A stretch of DNA of 64,000 nt from Candidatus Latescibacterota bacterium (lineage in GTDB: Bacteria > Latescibacterota > UBA2968): positions 2,816,001-2,880,000 of the forward strand of contig OZ242320.1 of NCBI GenBank assembly GCA_965208125.1, in the 5' to 3' direction. Shown piece by piece: positions 37,598 to 46,420 of the stretch. The notes beneath the pieces were generated by a model that saw only the letters and a list, made by a program, of their open reading frames with translations, was not told the DNA's origin and ran no database searches. Position numbers and translations under genes: made by a program. How positions within the stretch are numbered: position 1 is the stretch's first letter; each line of letters opens with the position of its first letter.

Positions 37598-38812
37598 TTA
37601 GCCCAGTCTCATGCGGTCAATGCCGACTATGCGGTCGTAGATCAGATAGAGCGCGATTACGCATACCAGCAAGATGCCGCCAAGTGCCCCGGCCAGGCTC
37701 CAGTTGAGCGAGGTCTGCATGTGGTAGGCGATCATGTTGGAGATGAGTTGTCCGGTGCTGCCGCCTACCAGCGCGGGGGTGATGTAGTAGCCGATGGCGA
37801 GGATGAATACCAGCAGCGATCCGGCACCTACGCCGGGCAGGGTCTGTGGCCAGTACACGCGCCAAAATGCCTGAAAGGAACTCGCTCCCAGCGACGCAGC
37901 AGCACTCATCTGGCTCGGTGGAATGGCGCGCATGATGGAGTATAGGGGCAGGATCATAAAGGGCAGGAGCACATGGGTCATTGCCACCAGTGTGCCAGTC
38001 ATGTTGTAGATCATGGCGAGGCGGCCATCGTCGCCGATTAGCCCGAGTGTGACGAGCAAGTCGTTGAGTACGCCCTGGGTCTGGAGTAGTACGATCCAGG
38101 ATGTGGTTCTCACCAGGAGCGATGTCCAGAAGGGCACGAGTACGAGGATGAGGAGCAGGTTTGCGATGCGCGGAGGCGAATGCGCGATTAAGTGGGCGAT
38201 GGGATAGCCGAGCAGCAGGCAGATCGCGGTGATACTCAGGCTCACGACAAAGGTGCGCCACAAGAGGGCCAGATAGATGCGGCGTTCTGGGGGCTGGCGT
38301 GCGATGGAGCCGTCGGGCAGGGGTTGCAGGTCAATGGCATTGAGATAGTGCCGCGCGGTGAAACGGTCTCCGGCACTGCGGATGGCGTGCCAGGTTTGTA
38401 CATCGCCCCATGCGGTATTAAGGCCAATCATGGCATCGCGATAGGGCCCTTCGCGGACGTTTTGCAACGATCTTGCACTGCGCGTGAAAACGCTGCGAAG
38501 ACCCGGATGTACGCGGTTGACGCGGGTGGCAACTCGACCCAGCGAGCGATCTGTGCGCGCTTTTAATAGCTCGCGCGCAGCCGCTGCGTACACCGCTTCG
38601 TTGGGTGTGCTCTTTCCATCCCATTCTCTCAGCAGGCCGAGGGTTTCGGGCAGGGCATTGCCTACTGTGGGATCATACACACTGTGTACGAGCATCATCG
38701 CCAGCGGCGCGATAAATGTGACGCCGATGAATGCCAGTAATGGCAACACCAGTCCCGTAGCGCGCAGTCGCGGGCGGAGGATGGTGGTTTTGATGTTTGT
38801 ATTGGAGTTCAT
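37598..38812 (-). CDS. Polyamine-type ABC transporter permease (PotB-like)
   Basis: PFWTSLLVRT, LPFMILPLY, AAASLGA, GYYITPALVGG. Confidence 0.9.
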   Translation of the reverse strand: MNSNTNIKTTILRPRLRATGLVLPLLAFIGVTFIAPLAMMLVHSVYDPTVGNALPETLGLLREWDGKSTPNEAVYAAAARELLKARTDRSLGRVATRVNRVHPGLRSVFTRSARSLQNVREGPYRDAMIGLNTAWGDVQTWHAIRSAGDRFTARHYLNAIDLQPLPDGSIARQPPERRIYLALLWRTFVVSLSITAICLLLGYPIAHLIAHSPPRIANLLLILVLVPFWTSLLVRTTSWIVLLQTQGVLNDLLVTLGLIGDDGRLAMIYNMTGTLVAMTHVLLPFMILPLYSIMRAIPPSQMSAAASLGASSFQAFWRVYWPQTLPGVGAGSLLVFILAIGYYITPALVGGSTGQLISNMIAYHMQTSLNWSLAGALGGILLVCVIALYLIYDRIVGIDRMRLG

Positions 38813-39637
38813 AGGTTAGTTTCGAGTTCAAAGAATTCGTTCAGTTTGGATTGTAGTAGCTTTTTGTCAGGCAAATGTAACTGGTATTCGGCAACGACCG
38901 CGGGAGAAGTGCTGCGGCTTACGGCGTATTCCACTACCTCGTCCTCTTTGGTTTTACACAGCAAGATACCGATGCTGGGATTTTCGTGAGATTTCTTGAC
39001 ATCGCGATCCAGGGCTTCAAGGTAGAAGTTAAGTTTGCCGATGTGTTCGGGTTCAAACGCGGTAATCTTCAATTCAATGGCGATAGGGAAGATCAAGAAA
39101 TTCGACTACATAGCTGTCTTTGAATGCATGTTTGGCTTCCGACGGCAAAACTCGTGACACTGTTGCGAGTTTTTTTTCGGCGAGTACCGTGCGCTCGAAG
39201 GTTGCGCTGTCGATGGCTCGCTGGAGTTCGCGCACGGAATGATTTTCGCGGATCGCGTAGCGGAGATAGAATTCACGTTCTTCGGTAGTTTTACAGCGTC
39301 CGAGTAAGTCGAGATGGCTGCTCCATGCTAATTCTCGCAACAGTGTTGCGAGTTCTTCAGGAGTATCGCGCCAGGTCTCGTAAAACTGACGCATGCGCCA
39401 CAAATTGGAAGCCGAAAAACCGCGCAAACCGGGAACATGCATGGCCAAGTAGTCGGCCAGTTCAGTCACAGTGCCGCGTCCCCAACCGCTATTCTGAATA
39501 CGGCTACTGATACGGGAGCCTATCTCCCAGTAGAGGTCAACCAGTTCGCGGTTGACCAAGCGGAATACCCGGCCTCGCCGCTCGTGTATGAGGTTGACGA
39601 GATCGGAAAAATCTGACTGGGGAATCAAGTTAGACAT
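38809..39637 (-). pseudogene. yhcG: YhcG/DUF1016 PD-(D/E)xK nuclease gene with internal deletion and frameshift
   Basis: The N-part (LYWEIG, GFSASNLWRMRQFY, KDSYVVEFLDLP) joins out of frame at about 39085 to the C-part (IAIELK, GKLNFYL, ENPSIGILLC); the middle is missing. Confidence 0.85.
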
Positions 39638-39800
39638 GTCCTATCGTCGCGTTGATATAGTCTCGCATCATGGCTTTACCGGTGTCCACATCGTCAGCAC
39701 GTATGCACCGGATGGCCTCTTTTATCAATTCCTTTCGGAATACCGGATCGCGCTGGACGCGGGCCTTTATCGTTTCTTTGAAATCACATGTAAGTGCCAT
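39630..39800 (-). pseudogene. Truncated addiction-module antidote/transcriptional regulator
   Basis: MALTCDFKETIKARVQRDP...RDYINATIG then stop; the C-terminal HTH usual for this family is absent. Confidence 0.7.
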
Positions 39801-39837
39801 ATCTTTTTTTATGCCGTTTATATTCTTAACCACAGAG

Positions 39838-40090
39838 TTATCGTGTGTTTCGCCGACCAAGCTCTTGGAGGACTACACTGAGTTGATCTATTGCGTTGAG
39901 AGCTTCTTCTTCAAGGGCTTCAAACCGCCGATGTATTACCTCGTTTCTTATGGTTATCAGGACTTTCGCGGCCTGCTCAGTCGCCTCGGGAAGTAGTCTT
40001 CCCTTCCTCGCTTTAGTTAAAAGTCCACCGACGGTATCCTTTTTGCTTTGCTCCTCAGTGATACTGCCTGCGTCAACAAGCTCCTTCCTA
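39838..40090 (-). pseudogene. 5'-truncated HEPN-like (DUF4145-like) gene fragment
   Basis: IRNEVIH RxxxxH motif; no credible start; begins immediately after the binding-protein stop. Confidence 0.55.
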
Positions 40091-41197
40091 TCACCGGGCC
40101 AGCCAGGCACTGAAGCGCTCGTTCATTTCATCGATGTGATCGCTCCACCATTCCCAGGAGTTTCGCAGGGCACGCTTAGAATTTTGCGGGCTGTTGGGCA
40201 TGTGGGGGTTCATTTCCACGCCTTTCTCGGCGTGTGTCGATATTAGCGGCTCTGCAGAGATGCGCGTGGGACTGTAGGCGATGTAACGACCGACGCCAGC
40301 TATGGCTTTCGCCGTTGCGGCGAAGTGGAGAAACTTCTTTGCGGCTTCGAGGTTCCGTGTTCCCGCGACAATGACAAGTCCACCTGTGTCCAGTATTTGC
40401 CCGTCCCACACGATGACAAAGGGTTGATCTTCCAGTACCTGGGCATTGAAGATGCGTCCGTTATAGGCTGTGGACATTACTACCTCGCCATCGGCGAGCA
40501 TCTGCGGTGGCTGTGCCCCGGCTTCCCACCATACAATGTGGTCTTTGATGGTGTCTAACTTGCGAAAGGCGCGATCTACGCCTTCGGATGTATTGAGGGT
40601 GGGATATACTTTGTTGAGCGGCACGCCGTCTGCGATCAGCGCGAATTCCAGGTTCACCAGAGGCGTGCGGCGCATGCCTCTGCGCCCGGGGAATTTTTCG
40701 AGGTCAAAAAAGTCGGCCATTGTGGTGGGTTTTTCGCCCGGGATATTCTCTTCGTTGTACGCATATACGGTGGAGTAAAATATCGTTGCCGGACCGCAAT
40801 CCGTCATCGTGCCGAGCGGAAAATCCTGTGACGCAGGTGTTCCATCGGCTCCCGCTGGCAGCGAGTTGACCGGGATGGGTTCGAGCAGGCCCTCGTCACA
40901 GCCTCGCACCATGTCGGGAATTTCCATATCGACGACGTCCCAATGCACATTGCCCGACTCGACCTGTGCGCGGATTTGTGCCAGCCCGCCGTTGTAGTCT
41001 TCGAGGTTGATTTTAATGCCTGTTTCAGCGGTGAATGCCTCGTGGTAGCCTTTGACGCAGGCGTGTGCATAAGATCCACCCCAGGAGACCACGGTCAGGG
41101 GTCTATCGTTGGCAACTGCACGATCTGAGGTCCATATCGCCAGTGCGGTCAGTACAGTTAGATAAAATGCCGTTTTACGCTTGTTTTTCCACTTCAA
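40091..41197 (-). CDS. ABC transporter substrate-binding protein (PotD/PotF-like), Sec signal
   Basis: VVSWGGSY, WDVVD, KFPGRRG, AYNGR; TTG start after AGGAGG; AVA cleavage site. Confidence 0.9.
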   Translation of the reverse strand: MKWKNKRKTAFYLTVLTALAIWTSDRAVANDRPLTVVSWGGSYAHACVKGYHEAFTAETGIKINLEDYNGGLAQIRAQVESGNVHWDVVDMEIPDMVRGCDEGLLEPIPVNSLPAGADGTPASQDFPLGTMTDCGPATIFYSTVYAYNEENIPGEKPTTMADFFDLEKFPGRRGMRRTPLVNLEFALIADGVPLNKVYPTLNTSEGVDRAFRKLDTIKDHIVWWEAGAQPPQMLADGEVVMSTAYNGRIFNAQVLEDQPFVIVWDGQILDTGGLVIVAGTRNLEAAKKFLHFAATAKAIAGVGRYIAYSPTRISAEPLISTHAEKGVEMNPHMPNSPQNSKRALRNSWEWWSDHIDEMNERFSAWLAR

Positions 41198-41234
41198 GTT
41201 ATTTCCTCCTTGTACGGTATGAGTAGAATATCCC

Positions 41235-42335
41235 TTATTGCGCCAGCCAGGTGCTGAATCGCTCGTTCATTTCGTCGATGTGAACGCTCCACCATTCCCA
41301 GGCATTTCGCAGGGCGCGCTTAGAATTTTGTGGGCTGTTGGGCATGTGGGGTTTCATATCGATGTCCTTTTCTGCGTGTTTCGATATCAGTGCCTCCGCA
41401 GAGTGGCGCGTGGGGCTGTAGGCAATGTGGCTACCGACACCGGCCATGGCCCTCGCTGTTGAGGCGAAATTGAGAAATTTCTTTGCGGCTTCGAGATTCG
41501 GCGTTCCCGCGACAATAGCAAGTCCAGATAGATCCAGTATTTGCCCGTCCCATACGATGACAAAAGGCTGATCTTCCAGCACTTGAGCATTGAAGATGCG
41601 TCCGTTGTAAGCCGTGGTCATGACCACCTCGCCATCGGCGAGCATCTGGGGTGGCTGTGCCCCGGCTTCCCACCATACGACGTGGTCTTTGATGGTGTCT
41701 AACTTGCGAAAGGCGCGGTCCACGCCTTCGGGCGTATCGAGGGTGGCATATACCTTGTTGAGCGGTACGCCGTCGGCGATTAGCGCGAATTCCAGGTTCT
41801 CCTGGGGTGAGCGGCGCAGGCCTCTGCGCCCGGGGAATTTTTCGAGGTCAAAGAAGTCAGCCATTGTGGTGGGTTTTTCGCCCGGGATATTCTCTTTGTT
41901 GTACGCGTATATGGTGGAGTAAAACAGTGTTGCCACGCCACAGTCTGTCGATGTCCCGAACAGAAAATCCTCTTCCGCAGGCGTTCCATCGGCTCCTGCT
42001 GGTAGCGAGTCGATCTCAACGTGTTCGAGCAGGCCCTCATCGCAGCCTTGCGCCCATGTCGGGAATCTCAAATCGACGACATCCCAATGCACATTGCCCG
42101 CTTGAACCTGTGCGCGAATCTGTGCCAGTCCGCCGTTGTATTCTTCGAGGTTGATTTTAATGCCTGTTTCAGCGGTGAATGCCTCGTGGTAGCCTTTGAC
42201 GCAGGCGCGCGCATAAGATCCGCCCCAGGAAACCACAGTCAGCGGTCGGTCTTCCGAAAAATCGCAGCCCAGAGTCAACATCGCCAGCGCGGCTATTATC
42301 GCGGTGCATAATGTCTTTCTCTGTTTGGTATTCAT
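41235..42335 (-). CDS. ABC transporter substrate-binding protein (PotD/PotF-like), lipoprotein paralogue
   Basis: Near-identical to the downstream gene; TLGC lipobox. Confidence 0.9.
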   Translation of the reverse strand: MNTKQRKTLCTAIIAALAMLTLGCDFSEDRPLTVVSWGGSYARACVKGYHEAFTAETGIKINLEEYNGGLAQIRAQVQAGNVHWDVVDLRFPTWAQGCDEGLLEHVEIDSLPAGADGTPAEEDFLFGTSTDCGVATLFYSTIYAYNKENIPGEKPTTMADFFDLEKFPGRRGLRRSPQENLEFALIADGVPLNKVYATLDTPEGVDRAFRKLDTIKDHVVWWEAGAQPPQMLADGEVVMTTAYNGRIFNAQVLEDQPFVIVWDGQILDLSGLAIVAGTPNLEAAKKFLNFASTARAMAGVGSHIAYSPTRHSAEALISKHAEKDIDMKPHMPNSPQNSKRALRNAWEWWSVHIDEMNERFSTWLAQ

Positions 42336-42338
42336 GTC

Positions 42339-43442
42339 TTAATCCTCCTCCTCGTCCGGGTCGAGCACCCGGCAGTCTGTTGGTGTCCAGCCGATGCGAA
42401 TTTTATCGCCTTTCAACACGGCTCCGTGTCCCACGATATTGGGTATTTTTGCGATGAATTCCAAGGACTCGCACACGTTCAGGCGAAAGCGCAGATGGTC
42501 GCCCAGAAAGGTGATGTCCTCGACTTTTGCTTCGAGTTCATTGGTGTACAGACCCGGTTCGGGTTCAATGGCGACGCGTTCCGGGCGAATCGACAGCGTG
42601 GTGGCGTCGCCGATCTGGCAAGGTGCAATGCGCAACGCATGGATGATTTGGCCGCCGGTTTCCACTTCGCAGATGTCCCCATTTACTTTTTTTACGCGGC
42701 CGTGCAGGCGGTTGTTTTCGCCGATGAAGCGGGCTACAAATGAACGCTCTGGCTCTTCGTAGAGGGCCTCGGGTTCGGCAATTTGCTGGATGTCTCCCCC
42801 GCGCAGGACAGCGATGCGGTTCGACATTACCATGGCCTCTTGCTGGTCGTGCGTGACGTAAACAATGGTTACGCCGAGGCTCTGGTGAATACGGCGGATC
42901 TCGTACTGCATCTCCTCGCGCAGGCGCCGGTCAAGTGCGCCGAGGGGTTCGTCCATCAGCACCAGATCGGGTTCAAATACCAGTGCGCGGGCGATTGCCA
43001 CGCGTTGCTGCTGACCGCCAGAGAGTTGGTTGGGCCGCCGGTCTTCCAGGCCGCTGAGACGAACCAGGTCCAGGGCACGTGCCACGCGTTCGCGACACTG
43101 CTCGCGGTCAAATCCGCGCACTTCAAGGGGAAAAGCGAGGTTGCCGCCCACTGTCATGTGTGGGAAGAGCGCGTAGTTCTGAAATACCATGCCAATGCCT
43201 CGTTTGCGCGGGGGTAGCGCGTGTACAGAACGTCCGTCAATCCGAATGTCGCCCGATGTGGGGGTTTCGAAGCCAGCGAGCATCATCAGGCAGGTCGTTT
43301 TTCCCGATCCGGATGGGCCGAGCAGGGTTAGAAATTCGCCCTTTCGGACGCTGACATTGACGTTTTGGACAATTAGCGTGCGTCCGTCGTAACTTTTGCA
43401 GACATTCTCAAATTCGACGTAGGCGTTATCTTTCGTGGGCAT
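42339..43442 (-). CDS. ABC transporter ATP-binding protein (PotA-like)
   Basis: GPSGSGKTT, LSGGQQQR, LMDEP, VTHDQ, C-terminal TOBE region. Confidence 0.93.
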   Translation of the reverse strand: MPTKDNAYVEFENVCKSYDGRTLIVQNVNVSVRKGEFLTLLGPSGSGKTTCLMMLAGFETPTSGDIRIDGRSVHALPPRKRGIGMVFQNYALFPHMTVGGNLAFPLEVRGFDREQCRERVARALDLVRLSGLEDRRPNQLSGGQQQRVAIARALVFEPDLVLMDEPLGALDRRLREEMQYEIRRIHQSLGVTIVYVTHDQQEAMVMSNRIAVLRGGDIQQIAEPEALYEEPERSFVARFIGENNRLHGRVKKVNGDICEVETGGQIIHALRIAPCQIGDATTLSIRPERVAIEPEPGLYTNELEAKVEDITFLGDHLRFRLNVCESLEFIAKIPNIVGHGAVLKGDKIRIGWTPTDCRVLDPDEEED

Positions 43443-43620
43443 TCGCGTGTCCTTATCCGAGGTCCAGAAAGTACAGATCGACAAGCTGGCAGATCAAGAT
43501 GTGAAGTAAATTCAATATTACTCAAATGTCAACGTCTTTCCTCTTTCGCCGTGTCGCGCTTCGCTATATATTTTAGAAGCTATTATCAACATTTATTATT
43601 TTTGGGAGGAGTCAGATTGT

Positions 43621-44379
43621 ATGCGGTACAAACGCGTTGTTCTCAAACTCAGTGGTGGCGCTGTTTCAGGTGCTTTGGAATCGGGATTTGACCCGGAGGC
43701 ACTCGAACATATTGCCGACGAAATTCTCGATATTCACAGCCGTGGTATTGAAATCGGTATTGTTATTGGCGGGGGCAATATTTTTAGGGGTGAACAGAGT
43801 GTGCGGTGGGGCATTGAACGCTCTGAAGCCGATAATATCGGCATGCTCGGCACTATTATCAACAGCTTGATGCTGCGCGGTGTGCTCAATGCCAAAAGCG
43901 ATGCTGAGGTGCGCGTGATGACCGCGATTCCCATTAATGCAGTCGCAGAACCCTTTATTCGGCTGGTTGCTGCTCGGCATCTCGATAAGGGATATATTGT
44001 CATTTTTGCCGGTGGTATTGGCAATCCCTTTCTCACCACTGATTATCCCGGGGTACAACGCGCTCTTGAGGTTCGCGCAGAAGCCATTTTGTTTGCCAAG
44101 CACAAAGCCAATGGCATTTACACAGACGATCCAAACAAAAATCCCGATGCCAAGCTCTATCGCCGCATCAATCACGATACAATTATTCAAAAGAATCTGG
44201 GTGCTCTGGATCAGTCCGCTGTAATTCTCGCACGCGACCATCATTTGCCGATTCACGTTTTCGATTTTGAACAAAAAGGCATGATGCGCCGCATTGTAGA
44301 GGGTGAGGATGTCGGCACACTGATTACCCAAACGCCAGAAGATGTGCTTGAGGAAGAAAACAGCTATGAAACCATGTGA
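43621..44379 (+). CDS. pyrH: Uridylate kinase
   Basis: YKRVVLKLSG, GGGNIFRG, GMLGT, GNPFLTTD, DP.KNPDA. Confidence 0.9.
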   Translation: MRYKRVVLKLSGGAVSGALESGFDPEALEHIADEILDIHSRGIEIGIVIGGGNIFRGEQSVRWGIERSEADNIGMLGTIINSLMLRGVLNAKSDAEVRVMTAIPINAVAEPFIRLVAARHLDKGYIVIFAGGIGNPFLTTDYPGVQRALEVRAEAILFAKHKANGIYTDDPNKNPDAKLYRRINHDTIIQKNLGALDQSAVILARDHHLPIHVFDFEQKGMMRRIVEGEDVGTLITQTPEDVLEEENSYETM

Positions 44380-44689
44380 AAAGAGTCTCAAACTCGCAAA
44401 AAAAGTCAAACAAATGTTGATCGAAAGTGGCATTTCCCCCATTAAAACAGTCATGTTTGGATCCAGGGCGCGTGGTGATGCAGGTCCACAATCAGATCTG
44501 GACCTTTTTGTTATAGTTGAGAAACGAACGCCAGAGATTCGAAAAAAAATCAGCAATTGTGCCTGGAAAGTCGGATTTGATGCCGAAGTTATTATCCAAA
44601 CGGTTGTTATGACAAACGATCAGTTAGATGGTCCGGAAGGGTCATCTTTACTCATTAGTGATGTCAATGCAGAAGGGGTGCCCGTTTGA
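44366..44689 (+). CDS. Minimal nucleotidyltransferase (MNT antitoxin)
   Basis: FGSRARGD...SDLDL motif; terminal EGVPV. Confidence 0.88.
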   Translation: MKPCEKSLKLAKKVKQMLIESGISPIKTVMFGSRARGDAGPQSDLDLFVIVEKRTPEIRKKISNCAWKVGFDAEVIIQTVVMTNDQLDGPEGSSLLISDVNAEGVPV

Positions 44690-44745
44690 ATCAGGACGAT
44701 TTAAAAACACTTATTCAATATCTCGATCCGGAGAATCCCACATGA
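44686..44745 (+). pseudogene. Stub of a HEPN toxin gene
   Basis: TTGA overlap with the MNT stop; reads MNQDDLKTLIQY and then runs into the purD leader. Confidence 0.6.
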
Positions 44746-46016
44746 AACTTCTCGTCGTCGGCAAGGGCGGGCGTGAACACGCCTTTGTCTGGAAACTCGC
44801 CCAGAGCAACAAGATCACCAGGTTATACGCAGCGCCCGGAAGCCCGGGTATGGCACAGTACGCCGAATGTGTTGATATATCGGATAGCGATCTCCAGGGT
44901 CTGGCAGATTTTGCACAACGAGAGGGCATTGACATTTCGGTCATCGGTCCTGAAGCCCCTCTTGCAGATGGTATTGTCGATGTTTTCGCGGAACGAGGTC
45001 TCGCGGTTTTTGGTCCGACACAGGCAGCGGCGCAAATTGAGGCGGACAAAGATTTTGCGCTTGAACTTATGCATAAATACGATATTCCAACCGGTGCTTA
45101 TGAAACTTTTGTGGATGCTGAAATAGCCAGGGAACGGCTCAGGGAGTGGCAACACCCGCTCTATCTCAAGGTGAGCGGTCTCGCCGCGGGCAAGGGGGCG
45201 ATTTATTGTGAGACGCTGCAAGATTCTTACAAAACTGTGAACGAGGTGATGGTGCAACGCGCTTTTGGTGCCTCGGGTGACAAGCTGGTTGCAATGGAGT
45301 TGCTCGAGGGAGAGGAGGCGTCGATATTTGGATTTTCAGATGGGGAAAATGTTGTTTGTGTTGTGCCTTCGCAGGACCACAAAACGATTGGCGAGGGCGA
45401 TGTGGGGCTCAATACGGGTGGTATGGGTGCGTATGCGCCTGCCCCAGTTATTACGCCAGGACTCTTCGACGATATTGTTCAGTGTATTATGAAACGCACG
45501 GTACACGCACTGGCCCGGGAAGGCTGTCCGTTCAAAGGCATTCTCTACGGTGGTATTATTGTTACGGCTGATGGTCCAAAGGTGATCGAATTTAACTGCC
45601 GCATGGGCGATCCGGAAACGCAGGTGGTTCTTCCATTGATCAAAACCGATCTCGTGGATATAATTGAGGCTGTGTGCAATGGTTCTGTGGCGGATCTCGA
45701 TATTAAACTGGATAATCGTGCAGCGACCTGTGTGGTCATGGCCTCGGGGGGCTATCCCGAAGCATACGATACCGGCTTTCCCATTTCCGGGATTGATCGC
45801 GCCGAGGCATCCGGTGATGTGATCGTTTTTCACGCTGGCACGGGACGCGAAGACAATCAACTCGTCACCAATGGGGGACGCGTTATCGGTGTTACCGCAA
45901 TCGGTGATACCATCAAATCATCTATTGATCGCGCTTACGAAGCCGTAGGCAAAATTGATTTTGACAAGGCCTATTTCCGAAGGGATATTGGGCATCGCGC
46001 TTTGACGAGTGCTTGA
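44742..46016 (+). CDS. purD: Phosphoribosylamine--glycine ligase
   Basis: GGREHA, GPEAPL, GLAAGKG, QDHK, NTGGMGAY, EFNCRMGDPE, TNGGRV. Confidence 0.97.
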   Translation: MKLLVVGKGGREHAFVWKLAQSNKITRLYAAPGSPGMAQYAECVDISDSDLQGLADFAQREGIDISVIGPEAPLADGIVDVFAERGLAVFGPTQAAAQIEADKDFALELMHKYDIPTGAYETFVDAEIARERLREWQHPLYLKVSGLAAGKGAIYCETLQDSYKTVNEVMVQRAFGASGDKLVAMELLEGEEASIFGFSDGENVVCVVPSQDHKTIGEGDVGLNTGGMGAYAPAPVITPGLFDDIVQCIMKRTVHALAREGCPFKGILYGGIIVTADGPKVIEFNCRMGDPETQVVLPLIKTDLVDIIEAVCNGSVADLDIKLDNRAATCVVMASGGYPEAYDTGFPISGIDRAEASGDVIVFHAGTGREDNQLVTNGGRVIGVTAIGDTIKSSIDRAYEAVGKIDFDKAYFRRDIGHRALTSA

Positions 46017-46051
46017 GTGAGAGGGTTCCTCTTACAATGAGGAGGTAAAAA

Positions 46052-46315
46052 ATGGCACTTATAGAACATGGTAAGGTACAAGATGGGAGTATTTTGCTCT
46101 CCAAGCCTTTGCCCTTGCCCGAAGGGACAGAAGTGGTCATACATGTTGAACCGATTAACTCTGCTCGCGAAAGCACTACATTCGATGAGCACGAAAATTT
46201 TACCGCCTTACCTTTCTTTGGTATGTGGGCGGAACGCGAAGATATGAGTGATAGCGCATCATGGGTGCGAAAGAAAAGAAAAAAGTGGCGCCAACGAATC
46301 ATACCCCAGGATTAA
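46052..46315 (+). CDS. Putative antitoxin (AF2212/DUF104-like N-terminus)
   Basis: GKVQDG.I....PLPLPEGTEV and FFGMWAEREDM..S..WVR; SD GAGGAGG. Confidence 0.7.
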   Translation: MALIEHGKVQDGSILLSKPLPLPEGTEVVIHVEPINSARESTTFDEHENFTALPFFGMWAEREDMSDSASWVRKKRKKWRQRIIPQD

Positions 46316-46335
46316 CAGTTATGCGACCATACTGA
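46285..46335 (+). pseudogene. Fused start/end stub of a PIN (VapC) toxin gene
   Basis: GTG-started mini-ORF MAPTNHTPGLTVMRPY overlapping the antitoxin end. Confidence 0.5.
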
Positions 46336-46420
46336 ATATGAGTTTTAGTTGTCAACCAATTTGGCGGTTAAGCGTTATAACGCGTATATTTTGAATACCA
46401 GACATTTTTGGAGGCATACG

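Noticed and set aside
38809-39637. Programmed frameshift producing full-length YhcG
   Set aside because: A conserved middle segment is missing, so frameshifting would not restore the protein; no slippery site at the junction.
43500-43535. Sigma70 promoter for the ABC operon (TTGACA on the minus strand at 43527-43532)
   Set aside because: No acceptable -10 box at 16-18 bp spacing.
43666-44556. 296-aa minus-strand ORF
   Set aside because: Antisense to pyrH and the MNT gene; no motifs.
46369-46383. GCGTTATAACGC palindrome upstream of the oxidoreductase
   Set aside because: Single 12-bp palindrome with no regulator nearby; compatible with chance.
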